NCBI GenBank assembly: GCA_002369235.1
Contig: DFFF01000019.1
Location: forward strand, 8,628-57,144
Reading direction: 5' to 3'
DNA length: 48,517 nt
Source: Verrucomicrobia bacterium UBA3783
Lineage (GTDB): Bacteria > Verrucomicrobiota > Kiritimatiellia > RFP12 > UBA1067
Positions 1-9,610 of the stretch are shown here, one piece after another (the stretch's first letter is position 1; each line of letters begins with the position of its first letter). Made by a program: the position numbers and the translations under genes. The notes under the pieces were generated by a model, which made no database searches, was not told the origin of the DNA, and was given only the letters and a program-made list of their open reading frames with translations.

Positions 1-596
1 TCCTCGGTGCCGATCGAGATGAGCCCCACGACCGGAGTCTCGCGTTTCAAGACCGCATGCGAATAGGCGTTGCCCATGATCGCGAACTGCACAAGCCAAT
101 CTGGATGGCAGTCCATGTTCGCGCCAGCGTCCAGTAGCAACAGCGGACGACCGGGCTCGCGCGTAGGGAGCGTCATCGCAATCGCCGGACGCGCCACACC
201 GGGAATCCTCCCGAGGTTGAAAATCGCGCTCGTGGCGACCGCCCCGGAATTTCCGGCGGAAAGAAACGCATCCGCGCGTCCTTCCTTTACAAGCCGCATT
301 GCTACATTGATCGAACAATCCTTCTTGCGGCGGACGGCATCGACCGGACTTTCGTCCATCTCCGCCACATCCGGAGCATGGACGATCTCGAGCCGGCCGC
401 TCTCGATGGCGCATTGCGCATCTGCCTTGAGCGCTTTGTCAAGGCCGTCAAGAACCGCTTGGATGGGAGCGAGCTGCCCCACCAAAAGAATCTTGACATC
501 AGAAAGCCCGGTCGCGGCTTCCACCGCGCCCTTGACTATCTCGCCGGGGGCGTTGTCGCCCCCCATCGCATCGAGGGCGATACGCGTCATGATCAT
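1..596 (-). CDS. plsX: Phosphate acyltransferase PlsX (runs off window start)
   Basis: Not in the ORF track because it has no stop in the window. Manual translation gives M(IM)TRIALDAMGGDNAP...SAGNSGA...GVARPAI...LLDAGAN, which are PlsX motifs. Follows rpmF with an ATGA overlap. Confidence 0.95.
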   Translation of the reverse strand, partial: MIMTRIALDAMGGDNAPGEIVKGAVEAATGLSDVKILLVGQLAPIQAVLDGLDKALKADAQCAIESGRLEIVHAPDVAEMDESPVDAVRRKKDCSINVAMRLVKEGRADAFLSAGNSGAVATSAIFNLGRIPGVARPAIAMTLPTREPGRPLLLLDAGANMDCHPDWLVQFAIMGNAYSHAVLKRETPVVGLISIGTE

Positions 597-775
597 TCTC
601 CGACGCTTACGACCTTGCGGCCCTTGTACATGCCGCACGAGGGGCACGCACGGTGCGAACGGACCGCAGCTCCGCAATTGGGGCAGGTTCCGACCTGCGC
701 GAGAATGGGCTTCTCGAGTGAAGCCACACGCTGACGCTTGCGCATTTTCGACACCTTGTGCTTGGGACTAGCCAT
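593..775 (-). CDS. rpmF: 50S ribosomal protein L32 (zinc-ribbon form)
   Basis: MASPKHKVSK..CPNCG...HRACPSCGMYKGR; canonical yceD-rpmF-plsX order. Confidence 0.97.
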   Translation of the reverse strand: MASPKHKVSKMRKRQRVASLEKPILAQVGTCPNCGAAVRSHRACPSCGMYKGRKVVSVGE

Positions 776-1232
776 TTTCGTTTCCTTTCTTCGTTATCAA
801 TCCATCAAGCGCAGCCCACCTGCCATCGACAGGCTGCCGCACGTCCGCTGCAATCCCGGGACACGACTCTTCGCAGACCGGATACGACGGTAAGTTGAGT
901 ATTATACTATCTCTTGCGTCAGAAGTCAATACGATTTCTCTACTTTTTTCATCGACAGGGTAGGACTCCGTGAAGTCGTCAACGACAATTGTAGTATCGA
1001 AATCCTTGCCGCAACGGCTGCAGACAAGATCGAAATCCTGCTCCAGATGCCCGGTGACGAGAAGTTCGTCGCCGACAAGTTGCGCGTGCAAACGATACCT
1101 CACGCCGCCGAACGGCTTTACGAACTCTTCATCAAGATCGATGATGTCCGCCTCGCCCTCGATCGTCTCCCCTTCCGGGTCGAGCCGACCGAGGTCGATA
1201 GAGATTTCGGTATCCATCTCCTCTGCCGCCAT
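768..1232 (-). CDS. yceD: DUF177/YceD family protein
   Basis: CSRC and C-EES-CPG motifs, C-terminal DGRWAAL; directly upstream of rpmF. Confidence 0.9.
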   Translation of the reverse strand: MAAEEMDTEISIDLGRLDPEGETIEGEADIIDLDEEFVKPFGGVRYRLHAQLVGDELLVTGHLEQDFDLVCSRCGKDFDTTIVVDDFTESYPVDEKSREIVLTSDARDSIILNLPSYPVCEESCPGIAADVRQPVDGRWAALDGLITKKGNENG

Positions 1233-1236
1233 GACT

Positions 1237-1830
1237 TTAGAAGCCGAGCGTGGACTTCGTCTGCTCCTTGCGGATTTCCTGCTCGTCGCTCCAGATGATC
1301 TCGCCGGACTTCAGATCTTTGAGGTTGAGCGTGAACTTGTAGTAGCGGTCGGTGATGCCATTCACCTGCTGACGCATTTCGGTGAGCGCACCGTAAAGAT
1401 ACATCTGCGCGGCGCTCTGCTGTCCGGCGCGGATGGCCTTTGATTGGTCGGTAAGGCCATTGAGCGCCTGATCGTTCATGAACTGCAAGTCGTCGGCCGA
1501 GGTGGTGCGATCCATGAAGCGGAATTTGCGCGAGCGCAAGAGCTTCGTGCGGATGGAATCCGTGAGGCTCGTCATGTCAAGGTGCATCGTTGAGCGGTTC
1601 TGGATTCCGGAGATGTCCAGCACTGGGCGGGTGCCGCCGATTTCCTTGATGAACTCCTGATCCTGGAGCATGGAATCTACCATCTTTTCGACGGTGCGGC
1701 GCACATCCTGCGGCTCCAAAGCCGCAGTCATCGCCTTGCGGTCGAGTTGGGTTTCGCGCGCCGTAGTGGTGGCGCAGCCTGCGAGCAATGCGGCGGCGCA
1801 CGCCGCCATGATCATGGTTGTGGTTTTCAT
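1237..1830 (-). CDS. lpoB: Penicillin-binding protein activator LpoB-like lipoprotein
   Basis: Lipobox LLAGC; IQNRST.HLD..SLTDSIRT.L and LNLKDLKSGEIIWSDE motifs; adjacent to a YcfL-like gene. Confidence 0.8.
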   Translation of the reverse strand: MKTTTMIMAACAAALLAGCATTTARETQLDRKAMTAALEPQDVRRTVEKMVDSMLQDQEFIKEIGGTRPVLDISGIQNRSTMHLDMTSLTDSIRTKLLRSRKFRFMDRTTSADDLQFMNDQALNGLTDQSKAIRAGQQSAAQMYLYGALTEMRQQVNGITDRYYKFTLNLKDLKSGEIIWSDEQEIRKEQTKSTLGF

Positions 1831-2234
1831 TCTGCCGTATCCATTTCTCTTACTTGGAGTTTTGCGGTGCGACCCCTGGGCGATGGAGCCATGCCGCTGA
1901 AGGTTGTGAAATCGCGCCCGTCGAGGACAATCGCACGGAACGGCTTGCCGTCGGCATCGATTTCCGAGCCGTCGTCGTCAAGCCACACCATACGCGCTTG
2001 CAGATCCTGGCGCTTGTGCGAGAGCGACTCTATCGTAACCGTCGCCTTCATGATGCCGTCCACCTCGCTGTAGGTGCAACGGGCGACGCGCACGCGATTC
2101 CGGAGTCTGGTCGAACATTCCATGACCGAGGCATCCCCGGTCGCGGTATCGATGGTGACTCGCGTTCCCGCGGTCTCCGTGCAGCCGATCATGGCTGCCG
2201 CCGCCAAAGCGGCCAACAGTACTTTACAGTTCAC
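1827..2234 (-). CDS. YcfL/DUF1425 family lipoprotein
   Basis: Lipobox AMIGC; LQARMVWLDDDG and GMAPSPR motifs; usual position next to LpoB. Confidence 0.75.
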   Translation of the reverse strand: MNCKVLLAALAAAAMIGCTETAGTRVTIDTATGDASVMECSTRLRNRVRVARCTYSEVDGIMKATVTIESLSHKRQDLQARMVWLDDDGSEIDADGKPFRAIVLDGRDFTTFSGMAPSPRGRTAKLQVREMDTAE

Positions 2235-3525
2235 AACTTCCTCCTTTGAATCTGGATTTTATGCGAGAAACATAGATGAGCGTGGTCTTGCCGGGCCTGA
2301 GCGAAACCCGCTCGTGGTGCGTGGCGCCACCGACGGTAATCCCTATCTGGTATTCGCCTGGCTGCATTTCGCTGTCGCTCCAGATTTGCTCGCCCATCGG
2401 CAAAGTGATCCAGCTTCGCGTATCCGCGCGTCTCAGCACCATGGCCGTGGCATTCACCGCCAGAACTGCAATCTGGGCGTATTCATTGCCCGAAGAGTTG
2501 ACCGCAGCCTGCGCCGCCGCCGCCGTGGCGGCGCGCGTGACATTGCGCGTAATCACGCCGGGAAGCTTTTCCTTGAGGTCGCGAGCCGCCAACGACTGGA
2601 TGTTCAATGTCTGAGACATCGGCTTCTCCCCGTCAGAACCGGATACCGACACTTCATCCGGCACATAAGGCTTGTCTCCGTACTTGGGGATGTCTATGCT
2701 CATCGCCGTGTAGATTGGAAGCGGGATCTTGAGCGATTGCCGCCGCGAAACAAAGTCCTGATCGTAGATCACCACCAGCCTCGACTTGCCCGGATCTGGC
2801 GCACGCCCCATTGCATAGGGATTGCCCGGACACAGCGCCGCCGCCTTGCGGTAGGATGCCATCGCAAGTTCCGTCTCGCCGTTCTGGTCGAACATGACGC
2901 CAGTAAGCCACCACAAAACCGGATTCTCCCAGGAGTTGCTTGTGGCCGCCACCAGATCGTCGAGCGCCTGCGACTGCTCGGCATAGATGTCTCTGGCCGT
3001 GGAATCGCCGCCCGTCCCCTGCGTAGCGACATCCTCGCCATATTCCTCCGCAAGCGAATTCTGGATATAGACCGCAAGTCTCGCATCGGCCATCGCGTCG
3101 TCACGATGGCCGTTCAAGAGTTGGGTGATGATTCCATACTGCAGCGCCAGATTGATTTCATACGGCTGGAGGTAATACTCGCGGGTGCGGTCGTCAGTTA
3201 TGGTTCCCGCAAGCGCCTCGTTGCCCCAGTCGCCAAGCTTGATCTTGGGTGCACTCTCCTTGCGGTCTACCGCCGTATCCACCGCCTTGCGAAACCAGTT
3301 TTCGGCTTGCGAATAGCGACCGGCGAGCATATTGACGCGTCCGGCCTCCACAAGACCTAGCGTCTTGGAATAGTAGCTGTCAGTCGCGAGATCCTCCGCC
3401 CACTTGACCGCCACATCATCCTGCCCCGCTTCGAGTGCGACGATTGCGTTCCTTGCGTCGCCGTCCTCGGTTACGCAACCCGCCGCGACGGCGGCGAGTG
3501 CAATTATGGCAAAAAGCCTCTTCAC
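2224..3525 (-). CDS. COG3014-like TPR lipoprotein
   Basis: Start moved to GTG 3525 (GTGA overlap with the upstream stop). Lipobox VAAGC; EYYLQPYE and RADTRSWITLP motifs typical of COG3014. Confidence 0.75.
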   Translation of the reverse strand: MKRLFAIIALAAVAAGCVTEDGDARNAIVALEAGQDDVAVKWAEDLATDSYYSKTLGLVEAGRVNMLAGRYSQAENWFRKAVDTAVDRKESAPKIKLGDWGNEALAGTITDDRTREYYLQPYEINLALQYGIITQLLNGHRDDAMADARLAVYIQNSLAEEYGEDVATQGTGGDSTARDIYAEQSQALDDLVAATSNSWENPVLWWLTGVMFDQNGETELAMASYRKAAALCPGNPYAMGRAPDPGKSRLVVIYDQDFVSRRQSLKIPLPIYTAMSIDIPKYGDKPYVPDEVSVSGSDGEKPMSQTLNIQSLAARDLKEKLPGVITRNVTRAATAAAAQAAVNSSGNEYAQIAVLAVNATAMVLRRADTRSWITLPMGEQIWSDSEMQPGEYQIGITVGGATHHERVSLRPGKTTLIYVSRIKSRFKGGSCEL

Positions 3526-4649
3526 GGCATTACGACTGTCGTGGTGTTGCCCTGGTTGACATCGCGCCAACCGGAGTTGTCGTAATTGATCTTGACTCCG
3601 CGAAGCTGCGCGGCTTCGGCATATCGCTTCGCGAGATCCGCGCGCAGGGCTTCAGCCGACCCCCACTTGGCGAGACCTTCGTCGCTCATCTCCAACGCCA
3701 CCTTGAGACTAGTGCCATCCTGGATATTCACGGTCGCCGCATACGGACGCATCCACTCGCGCGTCACCTTGAGCTGATGGAGACCGGGCGCCACCATGAA
3801 TTCGCCCGGAGCCGACCCGATGACCGCGCCATCAAGCTCCACGGCCGCACCGCCGGCTACACGGCGCAATTCTACCAGCACTTCGCCCTTCACACCCTTC
3901 GTCTGGCTTTCAAGTTCGGCAATCGATTCGTCGATCGTTGTGGAAACGTAAAACCGCACGAGAGTGGCGGGATCGGGCGAATACTTGCGCCACCGCGGAG
4001 CCTTCTGCGCCACCACGCTCGTCACCTCGTCGGCCCACTGGTCGAAAAGCATCTGGTAATAGTTCATGTCGTCGTCCTCGCTCGCGTCGAGGATCGGCAT
4101 CTGGCGCACCCATGTGGGCATTCCGTCCACGCTCGCGCCGCGGGCGTCCATGATCTTCAAGGTCATTCGCAACGTATAGACGGTGGAAAGCCTGCCGCCC
4201 ATGTTCCTGCGCATCTTGGAGGCGTTCACGACGGTAGCCGCCGCAATGTAGTCGCAGCCGATCATCTTCGCGATAGTCGGCACCGATCCGCCAGAGAAAA
4301 TACCGCTCACCAGCCCGGCCTTCTCTTCTCCCACCGTGACTTTGTAGCGGCGGAAGGTATCGACGACCTGGGCGCTGTCCATCACCGAAAATCCGTCCAC
4401 CTCGGCCAGAGCGCTGGCGAGACGGTCGCGGATTCCGTCGATTTCGTCGTCAAGTCCCGGAAGGCGCGAGCGGTTCTGCACGAAGACTGCGATCGTCTTC
4501 AAATCATTGTTCTGCTCCTGCACCGTGACCTGCTCGACGATTGTCGTCGTCACATTCTTCACGATCGTCGTTTCAGTCGTGGTGTAGGCCTGCTGGGCGA
4601 AGATGGGCAGCACGAGCGCCGCCGCAACAAAAGCCAAGGTCTTTTTCAT
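3522..4649 (-). CDS. Secreted PEGA domain-containing protein
   Basis: Start MKKTLAF after AGGAGG; signal peptide; PEGA pattern AAVELDGAVIGSAP...VAPGLHQLKVTRE. Confidence 0.75.
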   Translation of the reverse strand: MKKTLAFVAAALVLPIFAQQAYTTTETTIVKNVTTTIVEQVTVQEQNNDLKTIAVFVQNRSRLPGLDDEIDGIRDRLASALAEVDGFSVMDSAQVVDTFRRYKVTVGEEKAGLVSGIFSGGSVPTIAKMIGCDYIAAATVVNASKMRRNMGGRLSTVYTLRMTLKIMDARGASVDGMPTWVRQMPILDASEDDDMNYYQMLFDQWADEVTSVVAQKAPRWRKYSPDPATLVRFYVSTTIDESIAELESQTKGVKGEVLVELRRVAGGAAVELDGAVIGSAPGEFMVAPGLHQLKVTREWMRPYAATVNIQDGTSLKVALEMSDEGLAKWGSAEALRADLAKRYAEAAQLRGVKINYDNSGWRDVNQGNTTTVVMP

Positions 4650-4677
4650 TTTAGCATCCTCCTTTTCTTCTGTCAAG

Positions 4678-5073
4678 TTAGAAATAGCAGTTCAATATGG
4701 GCAGGAACGGGATGTCGTTGTCTTCAATCACATTCACTACCCCGATTTGCACGCCGTACATCTTATGCGAATAGTTTACGACTCCAAGCTGCAGACCGCG
4801 AAAATCGTCCGCGACATTCACAAGCCCAATCTGCCAGCCGTCGAAAACCGGATGGTAGTTGCCAAGTCCGATTTCCAGACCTCTCACATCCCAGTCAAAC
4901 CCAAAACACGGAATACCGACCGGCGTGATTATATTGAGCGAAAACGGAGTCCAGCGCTCCGACATCTCAGCCTGGCGCAAAGGCTCGGACTTGACAACCC
5001 TCATGCTCGCCTCGCGGGCGAAGGCCGCCGCGCACATCATTATTGCCGCCGCCGCACTAATCGCTTTATTCAT
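4678..5073 (-). CDS. Secreted protein with G(L/W/V)Q(I/L)G.VN repeats (LA_2272-like)
   Basis: Start MNKAISAAAA; signal peptide; four GLxxG.xN repeats; ends in aromatic CYF. Confidence 0.65.
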   Translation of the reverse strand: MNKAISAAAAIMMCAAAFAREASMRVVKSEPLRQAEMSERWTPFSLNIITPVGIPCFGFDWDVRGLEIGLGNYHPVFDGWQIGLVNVADDFRGLQLGVVNYSHKMYGVQIGVVNVIEDNDIPFLPILNCYF

Positions 5074-5111
5074 GTCTTGTGTCCTCTTTTGTTGGTTGTT
5101 TAATCGTTTTA

Positions 5112-5603
5112 TTAGCGTTTGCATTTCTCGAGATGCCGCTGCACGGATTCGGTCACGAACGGCGCGGTGTCGCCGCCGTAGCTCGCGATCTCGCGCACCG
5201 TCGACGCGGTGACATACGAGAGGTTTTCGCTGGGCATCATGAACAGCGTCTCGATTTCCGGCGCCATCCGCCGGTTGGTGAGCGCCATCTGGAACTCGTA
5301 CTCGAAGTCGCTGTACACCCTGACGCCGCGAATCACCACCTTCGCGCCTTCGCGGCGGCAGAAATCGACAAGCAGCGTATCAAGCGGCTTTACATCGACA
5401 TTCTTGATTCCCGCCTTGACGACGTCTGCCGCAATCATTCCGATGCGCGTTTCGCAATCGAACATCGCGCCGTTCTTTGACGAGGTGGCCGCCACCGCGA
5501 CAATCACCTTGTCGTAGAGCTTGGCCGAACGCTGGATCAAGTCGAAGTGCCCCAGCGTCATCGGGTCGAATGTTCCCGGATATACCGCGATTCTCTCCGC
5601 CAT
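5112..5603 (-). CDS. coaD: Phosphopantetheine adenylyltransferase
   Basis: YPGTFDPMTLGH, RGVR..SDFEYE..MALTNR. Confidence 0.97.
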   Translation of the reverse strand: MAERIAVYPGTFDPMTLGHFDLIQRSAKLYDKVIVAVAATSSKNGAMFDCETRIGMIAADVVKAGIKNVDVKPLDTLLVDFCRREGAKVVIRGVRVYSDFEYEFQMALTNRRMAPEIETLFMMPSENLSYVTASTVREIASYGGDTAPFVTESVQRHLEKCKR

Positions 5604-5606
5604 TTT

Positions 5607-6653
5607 TCAGTGCTCCGCCTTGTCCGCGATTTCCGCGACCTTGGATTTCAGTTCCTTGACTTCCGCCTTGAGCTTCTGGAACATTTTCGGCAAGAGCGTC
5701 CGCGCGCCGAATTCCTTCATGCTCTCGGCAGGTGCGCCAAGCACGTACTTCACGCTTCCGTCCAGCGTCTGCGGAACTCCCGCCTGGGGACCTACCTGCA
5801 CGCCGTCGGCGATCTTGATGTGACCGCTGATTCCCGCCTGCGCCCAGATGAGACAGCCGTAGCCTATCTCCGTGGATCCCGCGATGCCGCTCTGGGCGAT
5901 AAGGCCGGAATAGCCCTTCACCTTCACATTGTGCCCCACCTGCACGAGGTTGTCGATCTTCGTCATGGGGCCGATGTATGTGCGTCCAATGCGCGCACGG
6001 TCGATCGTCGTGTTCGACCCGATCTCCACTCCGTCGCCGATCTCGACGATTCCAAGCTGCGGAATCTTCTCGATATAGACACTGCCGTCTTCGCGGCGGC
6101 CATTGTTGAAACCGTAGCCGTCGCCGCCGAGTCTCACTCCGCAATGGAAGATGCATCCCTTGCCGACGATCGTCCCCTCGCGCAGCGTGACTTGCGGATA
6201 TATATGCGTTCCCGCGCCCACCTTGCATCCTTCGCCGATGAACACCTGCGCTTCGATCACCGCGCCGTCGCCGATTTCCGCGCCCTTTTCAATGACCGTC
6301 CACGGCCCGACATGCACACCCTCGCCGAGCTTCGCCTCCGGATCCACGACCGCAGTTGGATGCACCCCCGGCGTACGCACCGGCTCCGGCGGCGCGAAAA
6401 TCTTCGCCGCGGCCATGCATGCGTGGTTGGGATCGCCGACGCGGATTATCGCACACGGAGCACCATGTTCCCAATCATGCGGCAGCAACACCGCCGAGGC
6501 CTTCGTGGTCTCGACGAGCTTGACATGCTTGGGATCCTTGCAGAAGCTCAAGTCGCCCTTGCGAGCCTCCTCAAGTCCGCCGCAGGCGACGAGCTCGACA
6601 TCTTCGCCTTCGAGCGATCCGCCAAGGATATCAGCAAGTTCACTTGCCTTCAT
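5607..6653 (-). CDS. lpxD: UDP-3-O-acyl-glucosamine N-acyltransferase
   Basis: Start moved to MKASELA; hexapeptide repeats, [24 protein letters not shown]. Confidence 0.95.
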   Translation of the reverse strand: MKASELADILGGSLEGEDVELVACGGLEEARKGDLSFCKDPKHVKLVETTKASAVLLPHDWEHGAPCAIIRVGDPNHACMAAAKIFAPPEPVRTPGVHPTAVVDPEAKLGEGVHVGPWTVIEKGAEIGDGAVIEAQVFIGEGCKVGAGTHIYPQVTLREGTIVGKGCIFHCGVRLGGDGYGFNNGRREDGSVYIEKIPQLGIVEIGDGVEIGSNTTIDRARIGRTYIGPMTKIDNLVQVGHNVKVKGYSGLIAQSGIAGSTEIGYGCLIWAQAGISGHIKIADGVQVGPQAGVPQTLDGSVKYVLGAPAESMKEFGARTLLPKMFQKLKAEVKELKSKVAEIADKAEH

Positions 6654-7200
6654 CGGTCCACTCCCGCGCCTTCTCCACATCCACGCCCATCGCCTTGAGC
6701 ACCGCCGCCGTGACGTCGATTTCCGGCGAAGCATAGGGGCACGCCGTGACATTCACGATCATCTCGTAGCCATTCTCCTTGGCGAAGGCCGTAATCTTCT
6801 TCTGGAGGTCTTCGGTCGTCGTCTTCAAAAGCCTGGCCTCGAGGTCCGCGAGTTCCTGCTCGCTGCGCATTGCCTCGGACCGGAACTTCTGCTGTGCGGC
6901 TATATATTTGTTCTGCACCGCCCCGAGCTCCTTCTCGAGCTGCTCCTTGGCCTTCGCCGCCAACATCGGATTGCGCACCTTTTCCGTGAGCTTCTTTCCC
7001 TCTTCCTGCAACGAATCGATCTCGTCCTTGATGCGGTCGATATTCTTCTGGTAGTCGTTTTGCGTCTCGGTCAGAAGCGTCTTGTTCGTTTCGTAGGAAG
7101 CGTGGTTCCTCACGAGCTTGAGCATGTCCACCGTGCCGATTTTCGCCTGCGCAATCATCGCCGCGCCGGCCACCGCAACCATCGTCAAAACCTTCTTCAT
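6640..7200 (-). CDS. skp: OmpH/Skp periplasmic chaperone
   Basis: Signal peptide, KIGTVDM, coiled coil, IDVTAAVL; lies between bamA and lpxD. Confidence 0.9.
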   Translation of the reverse strand: MKKVLTMVAVAGAAMIAQAKIGTVDMLKLVRNHASYETNKTLLTETQNDYQKNIDRIKDEIDSLQEEGKKLTEKVRNPMLAAKAKEQLEKELGAVQNKYIAAQQKFRSEAMRSEQELADLEARLLKTTTEDLQKKITAFAKENGYEMIVNVTACPYASPEIDVTAAVLKAMGVDVEKAREWTDEGK

Positions 7201-7242
7201 GTCGTTTTTCCTGTTTTTGCCGTTTATGTTTATTTGTTTTGA

Positions 7243-9606
7243 TTAGAAATCGTAGCCCACCATGAACGAGAACACCTCGCGTTCCGCATCGTCGGGCTTT
7301 TCGATCGGGAAGCCGAAGTCTAGCCGGATCGGGAACATCGGCAGGTCGATTCTCAGTCCAAGACCCACCGACCACGCAAAATTGTCGGAGAAGTCGAAAT
7401 CGAACTCGTCTTCACCAACGGCGCCGAGGTCGGTGAATGCCGCGACCCTAAGCATTTTCACGATGGGGATGGTGTATTCGGCGTTGACGAGCCAGAGCGT
7501 CTGCCCGCCCCACGGGATGTCGTCCGACCCGTTGCGTCCCTTCGCAAACGGCGAGACATGGCGATACTCCACGCCGCGGATCGTGCGCGGTCCGCCGAGG
7601 AACATGCGGTCGTAGATCGGGATGTCGTCGCCCAGTATCGTCTCGGCGCGGATTGCCGCCATGAGCGTATGATTGTAGCGCTTTACCGGCTCGAAATAGC
7701 TGCGATGGCTGAACCCGAAACGCACGAAATTGTTGTCGCCGCCGGTGAAGTCCGCGAACACGTTGGACCGCGAACCGCTCGTCGGATACTTGAAGTTGTT
7801 GCGGGTGTCGCGATTCCAGAAGATGCGCGCCGTCGCCTCCACCGCCTTGTCGTATTCGTGCTCTTCGTACCGCAGCCAGTCGCGCGTCTTGCCTTTCCAC
7901 GTCCAAAGACCGTGATCCACATCGTCGAAGTTTATGTACTCCACGCTGCCGCGGATGCCAAAGCGTCCGAATGTAGGCCAGGTAGGCCAGAACTTCACGG
8001 GATAGCTGATCGTCACGCCGCCGCCGGTGCGGTAGATGTCGTAGTCGTCATACCAGCGTCCGCGGCGGTAGAGTTCCGTCGTAAGTTCCAGCTGCCGTTC
8101 CAGGAAGTATGGCTCGGTCAAACTCAATTCGTACGTCTGGATCCTCGGACCCACCTGGGCGTAGGCTCGCGCCTTCTGCCCGGCGCCGCGCCACAACTTG
8201 GAAGGCGCGAACAGATCGAAGTTCGCCTGGCTCACCTCCGCCGAGAGATAGACCGAATCCGTGGACGATGCGCCAAGGCCGATCATGAAATTGCCGGTGT
8301 TCTTTTCGTCGAGCTCGTAGACGAGATTGCGATATTCCTCGCCGTTCGCGTTCACGCCCTTGTCGGCGTTTTCAAGATAGTACCTGACGCGCGAAAAGTA
8401 GTCCAGATTCTCCAACCGCTTCTGGCTGCGCTCGGCGCGGTCTTCAAGCATCCTGTCGCCGGGACCGAGCGCGATTTCGCGCCGGATCACCTTGTCTTGC
8501 GTGTAGTCGTTGCCGCGGATGATCACCTCGTTGATCACCACGGGGAGGCCTTCCGTCACCTTGAAGACGATGTCCACGAATCCGTTTTCCCCGGGGATGG
8601 TCTGCGTCTCCACGACCGTGTCCGCAAGACCCAGATCGCCCGACCCCACCGTCACCTTGATGCGGTGCGCCGCGTCTTCGAGATCTTTCTGCCCGGCGAT
8701 CGCGCCGGCCTCGGGCAGTTCGCTCTTTGCGATCACGTCCTCCGTGGCGTATTTGGTGACGCCGGTCACCGAAATCGCGCCCACCCGGTACTGCGCGCCT
8801 TCATCGACCTTGAACACCATGTCGATCTTGCCGTCTTCGCGCTCGCGGCGCGTAGGCATCGCGCACTTGACATCCAAATAGCCGTGGTTGCGGTAGGTTT
8901 CTTCAATCTTCCGGCAGCATTTGGCGAGCTGCTCGGGGCTCGTTGGCGAGTCGATGAACCAGCCGGTTGGATTCCACCACGGATAATCCTCGATCGCCTC
9001 GTGAAGCTCTTCGTCGTCCTCCCACGTGCAGCCGTCGAAGACGTAGTTCTTGATCTTCTGCCTGCGGCCTTCGTCGATAGTGAAGGTGATTTCAGCATCA
9101 TTGCCGTCAATCATCCGCCAGCTTGGCGTGACCGTCGCGTCGAGATAGTATTTCTTCAAATACGCCTCCCGCACGCGGTTCGCCGCCGCCACGATGTCGC
9201 CCTCGCCGTAGAGGTAGCCGTCGCGCAGTCCGGATTCGCCGGAAATCTTCGACTCGCTCAAGGCTTCCGCGCCCTTCACGACCATCGGCGCCTGATAGCG
9301 CATTTTGCGCCGCACCTTGAAGACTACCGCCACTCCGCCGTCCACCCGCTCGACATCCGCAACTACCTCTTCATAGTCGCCGGAGTCCTTGAGCGACGAG
9401 ACATCGCGCGTCAAGATCACCGGGTCGTACTCGGCTCCGGCTTTCGTCTGGCAGCGGCTGACGACCGAAGACGAATCGCCGCCGAAGTCATCGAGCGTTT
9501 CCGTCCTGACCTCCGCCACCTGCACCGCCTGCGCCGCCAAGACCATGCCGAACGCCGCGCAAAGCGCCGCAGTCCGCATGCCGCAAATCGAAGAATATTT
9601 CTGCAT
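7243..9606 (-). CDS. bamA: Outer membrane protein assembly factor BamA
   Basis: POTRA repeats (GNDYTQDKVIRRE), GGPRTIRGV motif, C-terminal GYDF. Confidence 0.95.
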   Translation of the reverse strand: MQKYSSICGMRTAALCAAFGMVLAAQAVQVAEVRTETLDDFGGDSSSVVSRCQTKAGAEYDPVILTRDVSSLKDSGDYEEVVADVERVDGGVAVVFKVRRKMRYQAPMVVKGAEALSESKISGESGLRDGYLYGEGDIVAAANRVREAYLKKYYLDATVTPSWRMIDGNDAEITFTIDEGRRQKIKNYVFDGCTWEDDEELHEAIEDYPWWNPTGWFIDSPTSPEQLAKCCRKIEETYRNHGYLDVKCAMPTRREREDGKIDMVFKVDEGAQYRVGAISVTGVTKYATEDVIAKSELPEAGAIAGQKDLEDAAHRIKVTVGSGDLGLADTVVETQTIPGENGFVDIVFKVTEGLPVVINEVIIRGNDYTQDKVIRREIALGPGDRMLEDRAERSQKRLENLDYFSRVRYYLENADKGVNANGEEYRNLVYELDEKNTGNFMIGLGASSTDSVYLSAEVSQANFDLFAPSKLWRGAGQKARAYAQVGPRIQTYELSLTEPYFLERQLELTTELYRRGRWYDDYDIYRTGGGVTISYPVKFWPTWPTFGRFGIRGSVEYINFDDVDHGLWTWKGKTRDWLRYEEHEYDKAVEATARIFWNRDTRNNFKYPTSGSRSNVFADFTGGDNNFVRFGFSHRSYFEPVKRYNHTLMAAIRAETILGDDIPIYDRMFLGGPRTIRGVEYRHVSPFAKGRNGSDDIPWGGQTLWLVNAEYTIPIVKMLRVAAFTDLGAVGEDEFDFDFSDNFAWSVGLGLRIDLPMFPIRLDFGFPIEKPDDAEREVFSFMVGYDF

Positions 9607-9610
9607 ACTG

